Shown one piece after another: positions 53,468 to 64,000 of a stretch of DNA of 64,000 nucleotides. The stretch's first letter is position 1. Each line of letters opens with the position of its first letter. Under the pieces are notes generated by a model, which saw only the letters and a program-made list of their open reading frames with translations, had not been told where the DNA came from and did not search any database. The stretch comes from Octopus vulgaris. Lineage: Eukaryota. Position numbers and translations under genes: made by a program. The DNA is taken from NCBI GenBank assembly GCA_951406725.2, contig OX597831.1, positions 8,556,001-8,620,000 of the forward strand. Direction: 5' to 3'.

Positions 53468-53825
53468 TTTTCGTCCTAAAAAACTTTGTATGGAGTGAAT
53501 GGTTACCTCTATGGAAATATATACACACACGTTATACATACATGTGTGCATAGATGAATATATAAATACATTTAAATATCTATATACACTTTTGGGCGAT
53601 CTTTCTGCTTCTTAGAGATAACTTTAGATGTTATTTTCGTCCTAAAAAACTTTGTGCGGAGTGAATGGTTACCTCTATGGAAATATATACACACACATTA
53701 TACATACATGTGTGTATAGATGAATATATAAATACATTTAAATATCTATATACACTTTTGGGCGATCTTTCTGCTTCTTAGAGATAACTTTAGATGTTAT
53801 ATTCGTCCTAAATAACTTTGTATGA
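53468..53825. repeat. 166-bp tandem repeat (~2.2 copies)
   Basis: The unit TTTTCGTCCTAAAAAACTTTG... starts at 53468, 53634 and 53800. Confidence 0.92.
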
Positions 53826-54048
53826 ATTGAAAAAGAAAATGAATTGAAATTCTAAAAGAAAGGAATTTGTTTACATACATGTGTAAAATGGCAAATGTTT
53901 GTGCAGTTGTCTGATGGAACTGATGTATTATAATGAATAGTCCTTCTTCTTGTGAATATTAATTTGATTAATATGAACTGAAAACCAGTGGTGTAGCATA
54001 GGTGATCTTCTAGCAAAAAGGATGACCAGTCTGAATGGGTCATCCCTG

Positions 54049-54090
<42 letters not shown>

Positions 54091-55167
54091 CCTCACACAC
54101 ACGCACACACACACACACAGACACACACGCACACACACACACACACGTTAGCTTACAATGTCTGTCAACAATTGACACTGTCGTATATATTAGCGTGTCT
54201 ATGTGTCTAAAGAGGAAGTGGGAGTAATAGGCAGAGTAAAGGCTTCAAAATGAAATGTTAAAATATTGAGTTTTCTCGAATTTTGTCTTAATTGGGGGTG
54301 AAATTGAAAGAAATTTTGTATGGCATGACCCAATGGAAGTTCTTTGAAAAATCATAGGTAAAGTCTAATTGAAGAAATTGTGTGAGGAGTAAATCGTTAT
54401 GTATTTATTTGTTTCTGTTTGCTGATTTTTTTTTTGAGTAGTGTTGTAAGGTAGACTTGCAAAGAGAAAGTCGTAGAAATGAGAGTGATAGCGTGAGTGA
54501 ATCAGATCGCTCCCTTTTTGTGTGTGTGTGTGTGTGCGAGTTCTGTAGCCCACACTAAGAAATGCATTTGACTTATACACCACAATGTGAGTTTTCTCTA
54601 AATTTTGCTTAATTGGGGTTGAAATTTTAAAAACTGGACCTGGCATGACCCGATGCATTCTACTCTTAAAAATGCTAGGTAAATTGTAATTGAAGAAATC
54701 CTATATTGTAGATTTCTATAAGATACAAAGGGAGGCAGATAAAATCTGCCTTTTATAATAAGAGATATTCAAGGGTATCATACATTATTAACCCTTGCTT
54801 AATATTTTTATGTTCTACTAGTATTTGGATATTGTAAACGCCTCCATTTCCATTTTCTCCTAAATTCAAACATTCGCGAAAAGGAGAATTCTACATTTTC
54901 TATAATCGCTTGATATAGTAGTTTCTCTGTTTTTGGCATCGTTCAAAGCATACCGAGTTACACTAAAACACGCATATAAGCGAATTTCCCGTCAACGGTT
55001 GAGTCAGCCACTGCACCACTATCTCGCGATATGTATACGCGCGCATGCACACACACACACATATTCATACTTATACATATATATATATAGTATATGCCTG
55101 TATGTGTGTATACATATTCATAGAAATATATAGACATATATGTGTGCGTATATATATGTATATATAA

Positions 55168-55209
<42 letters not shown>

Positions 55210-55666
55210 CCCTACTGTCACGTTCGTGTTAGATTGACAGTATGCAACCATTCTATCGCCCCACCATCGTACATGTCTCTACGAGAGATTTAGAAATTTA
55301 GTATTTCTGATATATATATATATATATATATATACATACATATACATATATTTTACATATATATATGCATACATACATACATACATACATACATACATAC
55401 GTTCATACGTACATTATATATATTTATGTACTTGCATGTTCCCGCTTGTCCAACATTTAAGACAAACGGTATTTTTTAGAATGTTTCTTTGCAGCAGAAT
55501 TTCTCTAGAGACGCCAAATATCTATTCTTTCCTTTCTTTGCATTTTTTATATCTTCTTTTGGTTCTTAATATATTTACCGTTCTTCACACGGCTGTTCTT
55601 TGAACCATATAAACTTATTAAGTTTTCGGTTTACTAGCCGCTCGTTGTTCTTTTGTTCTTTAGATC

Positions 55667-55752
<86 letters not shown>

Positions 55753-55970
55753 AATACACATGAATTTTAATAAGATTAGCAGCGTATTCGAATGAATTTT
55801 TGCCTGTTTTGACATTTGAGCTGTCTTACCCTTGTGTGAATGGAACCATGCTTACCTTTGTCTATCTGTGCATATACCTGTATGTGTTGGTGTATGTACA
55901 TGTGTATATACGTATATAAGTATATAAGTATCTAAATATGTATTTAACATTTTCACATACATACACACAA

Positions 55971-56031
<61 letters not shown>

Positions 56032-56871
56032 CATACATACACACCTAAGTTTTAAAATATACACGTATGCATATATATATATGAATGCATTTATATGCAT
56101 GTTGAAGTGTATATGTGCATATGAGTATGTGTGTGTATGTAAAAGTATATATGTTCTTCTTATCGTGATGTCTACGTGTCTATTTAGGTCAACCCACCGG
56201 TAAACGAGTTTATTTAAGTATATGTACGTTTATATATATGAATTTATGCGCACACACATACGAAGGAACACACACACATATACACATTTTATACACACAT
56301 TTTGGCGAACGTAAGCTAGTATTATTTATTTCCTTCTCTTTCTTCGTGTAGCTGTCGTAAAGTGTGTTTACGGTGAGTCAGCAGGTTCGTATCATGTGCT
56401 TGCAAAGTGATTTATTTGACCACGCAGTTGCACCTGCGCTCATATATATCTATCTATATAGGGTGCAGTGAATAAGTTGTCGTCTAAATTACGCAAAAAT
56501 GGAAATAACACCCACATCTCGTTTTAATAGATATATTTACTAAAATTACATAAAAATATCTTGTAATACTAAAGAGTAAACTTATTCAATAAAGTCGCCA
56601 TTGGCTTCAACCGCCAAACGACTTCAACCTCCAAACGACTTCAACCTCCAAACGACTTCGGAATCTCCTGCAACTCTTCTGGACGGCTTCCATAATTTAT
56701 AATTATAATGAGAGGTATAGAGATAGTACCCAGCAATGCTAGAAATAGGAATAAAAAATCACTCTAAACCACTAAAATCACTTATGCACACTGGTGAATT
56801 CGAGGAAAATAGCAAAATCGAAAAAGCCAACTTACTGTTAGCAGTTGAAAATCGCAAATGAGTTACAAACG

Positions 56872-56930
56872 TACTTATATCATATGATTTCGGGCCCTGT
56901 GAACAAGCACTTAGCCTTCATCAGTAAATA
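56872..56930 (-). ncRNA. Type-I hammerhead ribozyme
   Basis: TATTTA-CTGATGA-AGGCT-AA-GTG-CTTGTT-CAC-AG-GGCCC-GAAA-TCATATGA-TA-TAAGTA. 6-bp helix I, palindromic helix III, AUA triplet, A10.1-C11.1 mismatch. Confidence 0.8.
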
Positions 56931-57016
56931 TTAATGTATTCGGGGCTAAAGGTTTACTCATCTCACCGTGTGTTTATTGACCAATAGATTTTCGCGGCAA
57001 ATTCAGAATCATGGAA

Positions 57017-57058
<42 letters not shown>

Positions 57059-57128
57059 GTTTGTAGAAAACATAAATCCTGAGAGAAGAAGCACCATATT
57101 TTGAAGAGGTCTTAGGCCAACAGATTTT

Positions 57129-57188
57129 GGGGGCTGACGATACGCATAAAGTTAAACCCTTTATGGACGCGAAGCCCAGGGTAATCCC
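57129..57188 (+). ncRNA. Degenerate hammerhead in a ~150-bp island between (TA)n tracts
   Basis: GGGGG-CTGACGA-..CATAAAG-TTAAACC-CTTTATG..-GAAG-CCCAGGG-TA-ATCCC. Core has A15.1>G. Confidence 0.55.
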
Positions 57189-57207
57189 ATAAACCGGCCT
57201 TGCTCGG

Positions 57208-57333
<126 letters not shown>

Positions 57334-58409
57334 TGATATATTGATATGTGTGTAATTTATGATAAATTTCAAGTTGTTAAGCTGCAGTCTTTAAACTTTT
57401 CGAGTGGAGTTTTACACAGATGTGGATATCTTTTGGTTGACTGGACAATAGACAAAATAGTCCTCACATGGTTCACGCTACATTGAACAAATCGTCAGAG
57501 TAGCAAGAACTCACTCTTTTCTCTGCCCAGAAAGATAGCTAGTAAGAAATTATTTATACCAATGGATTTTAGTTCTAATGACTAAATTGATTTGCACACT
57601 ATTGTGTTTGCCGGTGGCGTCATCAAACAAATAAAATATATTTATCTTCACTGCAACTTGTTTCGGAAAATATAAAATAAATTATTGAAGTAATTAAACT
57701 AAAGTCATTAGTACTCGCGGAAAAGTACGCTCAACCGCTATGCAACATTTGATCCACTCAAAACAACGTCTTGAACTCTCGGAACGTTTGCACAGACTTA
57801 TTTGAGTTTAGGAAGTGGCCTTACTTGTTCACGAGTTGACTTCCACCATATCTATTATATAAAATCCGTTCTGTCTGTCTGTGTGCGTGTCTTCTAGAAT
57901 CTCGGGCATCCTCCATCTGATTGCGCTCAAATTTGATATGTAGATACCGACGGTATCAGGGCGTGTATAAGTCTTGAAAAAATTACAAAAATCGATTTCA
58001 GGTGAGAATGCGATCGATAAAGCCGTGGGAACGTGCATTTCTACGCGCAAGTACATCAGCTGTTGCGATCGAGACTATGCGTACACAAGAAAAATGCACG
58101 TTTAGCTTGCGCAAAAAAGCCTGCTGGCTTGAAATAATGCCACAAAATGCAGTATATTTAAGAGACCCAAAAATGTAAGATGTAAAAGATATTTTCTTCA
58201 AACTTGGCATGAAGGAAGGAAAAACTATTTGGTTTCTCAAGAAGTTTTTTTCCCTTAACTTCGTTTAATAAAACGAAAAATGTTATTAAAGGCATGCTTA
58301 ATTATTTTTTAATGAAAAGAAAACACTGATTGCTTTTTATTCAGCAGATATGATTCAGCACCGTCCATTGGACGGAGGGTGGGGGCGTTTTTCTCGAGTG
58401 TGTGTGTAT

Positions 58410-58627
58410 TAGTTTCAGTTTTTTGGCACAAGGCCAGCAATTTCAGGGGAGTGGATAAATCGAATATATCGACCCCAGTACGCAACTGGTACTTATTATT
58501 TCGATCCCCGAAAGGATGAAAGGGAAAGTCGACGTCGGCGGAATTTGAACTTAGAACGTAAAGACGGACGAAAATGCCGCTAGACACTTTGTCTGGTGTA
58601 CTAACGATTTTGCCTGCTCTCTGCCTT
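58410..58627 (-). mobile_element. SINE family B
   Basis: Reverse complement of the family-B consensus. Confidence 0.85.
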
Positions 58628-59320
58628 TGTTTGTATATTGAAAATTACTTCATAGTTCTGTGAAATATATTATAAGTTTAATAAACAGTTTACAGGTAAG
58701 AAAAAATAAAATTATAAAATTTTAGATATGATATCTGTATCACAAAGAAACTTTTCTAACGAAAACGCAAAACAAAGACTATGAAACAATGTCTGCTACA
58801 ACATAAAATTTTCCAGCGGACAATATTTCTGGTTCCAAATCAGGAAATATTTTCTTCTCAAACGGAGAAGATCCGTTTCAACTTGAAAAGATCCAGGACA
58901 TCGAAAAACTCGACTGTCCTTCACTTTCCGGGTTTATATAAGCTAAATATGACTTCTTTCTTTACTGTGTGCGTCGCTGATACAAAAGAGTGTACATTTA
59001 GTTGATCGTCGCTGACTAGAAAATACAGCGTTGCTATTTTTGTATTCTGTCTCTCTTGTTCTTTCATTCGATCTCCTCCTCATTCTGTCTTGTTCTCTCA
59101 AATTTCCATTCTTCCATACTCATACATACATACATACATACATACATACATACATACATACATACATACATACATACATACATACATACATGCAACCACC
59201 TCTTTTCAACTTTCAGTTATTCTCTGTCTCCTTTCTTGACAAATAGTAGGGTATGGCTTGAAGAAGATTCAGCTCGAATTTCTTGAAATGAATTTATACA
59301 AATCTTTCCTTTGATAGACG

Positions 59321-59399
<79 letters not shown>

Positions 59400-59400
<1 letters not shown>

Positions 59401-60446
59401 CAACAAAAGCTTATGCATGGCCTGGATAGACTTCAAAAAGGATTACAATATGTTGCCGCATTCGTGGATTTTGGAAACATTCGACATGTATAGAATAGCT
59501 GAGAACGTGTGTGCATTAAGAACAGCATGCCTAGTTGGAAAACGCGTCCTTCCTGCAACAACCAGCACTTAGCCGAGATAACAATCAAAAGAGGTATCTT
59601 CCAAAGAAACTCGTGTTCATCTCTGTTATTTGTTATAGTCTTACTCCCACTTTCTGTAATCCTTCGTAAAATCAACGAGCTGAGAAAGAACGGACCTCGT
59701 CTGAACCGCCTTCACTTCATCGATGATTTAAAACTGTTCGCAAAAACAGAGTTTGAAGTTGAGAGGCTGGTTAAGACTGCAAGTGTACAGCAAGGATATA
59801 GGGACGGAATTCGGTATCTCGAAGAGTGCAGTGCTTACTTTGAAGCAGGGGAAAAGAGTAAATTGCAGGGTCATTTGCCAAACGGAGAAAGAATGGAAGG
59901 CTCGGATGATGATGAGTACAAGTACCTTGGGATCCTGGAGCTGGACAATATCTTGCACGGAGAAATGAAAGACAAGGTCACTACTGCATATTTCAAATGC
60001 CTTAAACTTCTCTTGAAATCAAAGCTCAACTCAAGGAACTTTGTGACTGCCATCAACATATGGGCTGCTGCTGCAGTCTGCTATAGTGCACTCATCCTGA
60101 GATGGACACAAGCCGAGATTGACCAACTCGATCGCATTTCCCGACAGACAATGACAACGCATGGTGCCCTCGACCCTAAGGAAAATGTACACAGGCTCTA
60201 CATGAAGAGAGCATTGGGTTCAGTATCACCCAATCTTAGAGAAAAAAAAACCCATCTGAAAACCTTTGAAATACCTTACAATCTAGATGTATTGCAAAAG
60301 TTGGCATTACTTGGAACAGCACTCATATTGCGTCAATTATTGTCTGTCTGAGGTCCTTGTTGTGACTTGACAAACAGTACAAACCCCCGGCAGACACAAT
60401 ATCTTTAATCAACAACCTCATGATATTGTGTACTGTGAGCTGTCTT
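59400..60446 (+). pseudogene. R4/Dong-like LINE relic, internally deleted, within (TAA)n
   Basis: AWIDFKK, RGIFQ, HFIDDLKLFAK, YKYLGILE, HRLYMKR then a jump to ALGSVS...LQKLALLGTA. (TAA)n at 59323-59397 and 60447-60535. Confidence 0.9.
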
Positions 60447-60454
60447 TAATAATA

Positions 60455-60514
<60 letters not shown>

Positions 60515-60539
60515 GTAATATTGATAATAATAATAGCAA

Positions 60540-61113
60540 TCCATTCTACTATAAGCACAAGGCCTCAGATTTATGGGGAGTCGGTAAGTCGATCACATTG
60601 ACCCCGATGGTACTTAATTTATTGACCCCGAAAGGATGAAAGGCAAAGTCGGCCCCGGTGGCATTTGAACTCAGAATATTAATGGTTTCAAATTTTGCCA
60701 CAAGGGCAGCAATTTTAGGGGAAGGGAGATGTTTCAATTACATTGACCTCAGTGTTTAACTGGTACTTATTTTATCTACCTTGAAAGGATGAAAGGCTAA
60801 GTCGACCTCGGCGGAATTTGAGCTCAATGTAATGACTGGCGAAATACTGCTAAGCATTTTACCCGGCGTGCTAACCATTCTGCCAGCTCTCCGCCTTAAT
60901 AATAATAATAATAATAATTCTTTCTAGTAAAGGCACAAGGCCTGAAATTTGCGGGGTGGAAAATAGTCGATGACATCGATACTTAATTTATCGACCCTGA
61001 AAGGATGAAAGGAAAAGTTGACTTCGGCGGTATTTGGACTCAGAATGTAAAGACGGGCGGAATGCCGCTAAATATTCGGCCCGGCGCTATAACGATTCTG
61101 CCAGCTTGCCGCC

Positions 61114-61115
<2 letters not shown>
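60540..61115 (-). mobile_element. Three head-to-tail SINE family B copies
   Basis: Units at ~60540-60680, 60685-60897 and 60920-61115, separated or flanked by (AAT)n. Confidence 0.85.
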
Positions 61116-61147
<32 letters not shown>

Positions 61148-61251
61148 TAATGTTTTGTTAGGCTTTCGTTTTGTATTTTCTGAATACAAGATGGACCAAC
61201 ATACAGATACTTCTCGTTTATATACATGGACAGAAGATTAGGAAATTCCCC

Positions 61252-61285
<34 letters not shown>

Positions 61286-61367
61286 CTAATAAATATTAGG
61301 GAATAAATCCAAACTTACAGGGAAAAATCAGATTTAGGATTGAATCCAATTTTATATTATATATAAT

Positions 61368-61450
<83 letters not shown>

Positions 61451-61452
<2 letters not shown>

Positions 61453-61673
61453 GTAATCCTACGACTATTACGGGTGTTACGTTCCAAAAACCCCGCGACA
61501 GGTGAAAATCCATGAAGTAGAAACAGTACTGTACTGTATATATATTTTTTATTATTTTCATAATTTGTATATATTTATTTTATTATAAATGCAAAACAAT
61601 ACCACGGAAGAATCGACGTAAGCTTAAATAATAAACCGCGATAGGTGAACCGCGATACGGCGAGGGATTACTG
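61451..61673. mobile_element. Tigger/pogo-type MITE
   Basis: Termini TAGTAATCCTACGA / GCGAGGGATTACTG-TA, with internal CCGCGA(C/T)AGGTGAA repeats. Confidence 0.75.
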
Positions 61674-62366
61674 TATATGTGTGTATATATATGGGTACAT
61701 GGATACATGTATAATTTAATAGAATAACATATTGCAAAAATTTTGTTTGCTTCGTGATAAACAAAATTATTAAAAAGTGAACAAATTGAAGAACTTGAAG
61801 AATTCATAATAAAGCCTTTTGGCAAAAATCGAAAACCGATAACACTTTGAAAAAATGTCTTGCACCGGAATAAAGGCTGTGGTTGAAGCGTGTGATAAGA
61901 AACCGTTTTGGCTCATAAAATATGGGTTAAGGAAAAATATTGAAGAAGATTGTAGATAGTATAGACCCTGAAATATGTATGATGAACCAGAGATAAGAAA
62001 TTGAAAGAAATAGATTAAGGTAAAGTAGATTAACTTTCTAGCGGATAGTGTTGATAGCAAGAGAGAGAATTTTTTATATTTGAAAAAAAAAAAAAAAAAA
62101 GAAGCGGCAACCGTTAGGAAAATTGTAAATAATAAGGAAAATTAAGTGAAATTAAGGTATATTTGTTACATAAATAATGAACCTAAATATGGTTATTTAT
62201 CAAACTAATAGGTAATATAATAATGTAATTTATATTAGTAGAAACCGATTCGTAAGAAAATAAACGTGAATGAAATGAAATAAAATAAAAAGAACCACTA
62301 TGGACGATTGAAGTAAATATGAAGGAAAGGTTTTAAGGACTTATACGCAAGTATATAAATAGATAA

Positions 62367-62485
<119 letters not shown>

Positions 62486-63271
62486 CGTGTGTGTAAATAT
62501 GTCTGTCTGTCTGTCTAATTGTAACGATAAAAATTGCCATTTTCTAAAAGTAAAAAAGTGTAGGTAGCGTTCTAGTGGCTCAAAGAATATAATTAGGATC
62601 TGACTATGAGCGAAAAAATGTTATTAAGTTTGGGAAATAAACTAAATTAGATTAAGCAACAGACTCAGTGCTAACTAAATACGATGTGTATATAGTATGT
62701 TACGTTTCAGGCGACGTGTAAGTAAAACACAAACAAATATACAGATTTTGTTAATGTTAAATATGACATTAATGTTGGGAATTTTAAAATGTGTCGATAA
62801 AAATACCAGGGGGTGGATGGGTGGGATGGAAGAAAATTATGTTAAAGTTATTGAGAAGAACTGAAATTATAATGAAATGGAATAAAATATTTTATAAAAG
62901 AAGGACTAGTGAAATGTGTAAGAGGAATAAAATAATAAAAAGAATAGGAAAAGAAATAATATAAATATATTGATAAAAGAAAATTATAAGAAAAAATTAA
63001 GTCCTGAATTTTATGAAGACTGAAGATTGTTAATGGCGGACCTAAAATAAAGAATGAGTTAATATGGATCGAAATATATGCATTTAAGAAAGTCTTATGC
63101 GTAAATGAATGCATGTACAAATGCATATATATGTGTGTGAGTATATATATGCATATATATATATATATATATATAAAATTTGAAGAAGACAAAAAATGGA
63201 GAAATATCGATGAAAAACAATTGCCTTACACAAATTATTATTTATTAATTCACTACAAATAGACTGCATCC

Positions 63272-63381
63272 CATCTAACAGCTGTTTCTGCTTCCCATGT
63301 ATGGTATTGCCATTGATAAACTAAAATATGTATCATATTTGGTAATAAAACTGATCGGAAACATGGAGCTTCATCGGAGTG
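63272..63381 (-). ncRNA. Degenerate hammerhead with 82-nt helix II
   Basis: CACT-CCGATGA-AGCT-CCATGT...ACATGG-GAAGCA-GAAA-CAGCTG-TT-AGATG. Core has U4>C. Confidence 0.55.
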
Positions 63382-63868
63382 AAGAATAAATAAAGAAGAA
63401 GACCATAGAGGAGAAAAAGGGACAAGTTGAATATGGTTGTAATTATGCCATTTTGCTTGCGTATCTCTTTGGGATGTTAAGTAAATGACTAAACTAAAAA
63501 TAGCAGTTGGGGGATTAGTCCTTTGTACGGTGGGGGTAGGATTGATAAACAATAAAGAAACCAAAAATAACAGTGGGATACGCCAATAGATTTTAGTCGG
63601 GGGAGGGGTGAAGATACAATAATTTATAATAATTATGCTTGTAGTACTAATTAATAGTATTAATTATAATAAAATGCTTAATGGGTTAGGTGTAATTTTT
63701 ATTTATTTACTAGTTGATGGTAAATCCTTTCCACCTGTTGTCTGCAGTGAAATTGGTCAAGGCCAGTTGAAATTTAAAAACAAAAGGCCAGCTTTTGAGA
63801 CCGTCATACGGGGGTAAGATAAATAAATAAATGAATGGGAAAATGGTGTTTGTTGTATATATATATAT

Positions 63869-64000
63869 AGCGTAGGAGTGGCTGTGTGGTAAGTAGCTTG
63901 CTTACAAACTGCATGGTCCTGGGTTCAGTACCACTGCGTGGCACCTTGGGCAAGGGTCTTCTACAATAGCCTCGGGCCGACCAAAGCCTTATGAGTGGAT
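63869..64000 (+). mobile_element. SINE family A, cut by the window end
   Basis: AGGAGTGGCTGTGTGGTAAGTAGCTTG...GGTTCAGTACC...ACCTTGGGCAAG. Confidence 0.9.

Noticed and set aside
53468-53825. CRISPR-like or satellite array
   Set aside because: A simple 166-bp tandem duplication without spacers, in a eukaryotic context.

Overview
AT-rich, microsatellite-saturated, gene-poor eukaryotic DNA. The repeat content looks most like an octopus (cephalopod) genome, which is an inference. No host protein-coding exon can be supported, and nearly all ORFs in the track are (TA)n/(CA)n/(TACA)n translation artefacts. The only real coding sequences are transposon-derived: a young 5'-truncated CR1/L2-group LINE (880-aa APE-RT frame, 35317-38200), two R4/Dong-like RLE LINE relics, two L1/Tx1-like 3' fragments, an RTE 3' fragment, mariner/maT relics and a Helitron Pif1-helicase fragment. 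Three families of tRNA-headed SINEs, several Helitrons and MITEs fill the rest. Four features stand out. (1) At least 7 intact-core and about 7 decayed type-I hammerhead ribozyme motifs lie in unrelated non-coding segments, mostly between (TA)n tracts. Nearly all have a palindromic helix III (dimer type, Penelope/retrozyme-like), and three share GAAACAGCTGTH with an unusually long 57-85 nt helix II. (2) A ~6.2-kb inverted duplication (9290-15450) has an 86-bp apex carrying TTAGGG repeats. (3) Two SINE-LINE 3'-tail partnerships are visible inside the window, one with compensatory stem changes. (4) Different elements appear to target different microsatellites. All coordinates and identities were read by eye and are approximate to a few bases.
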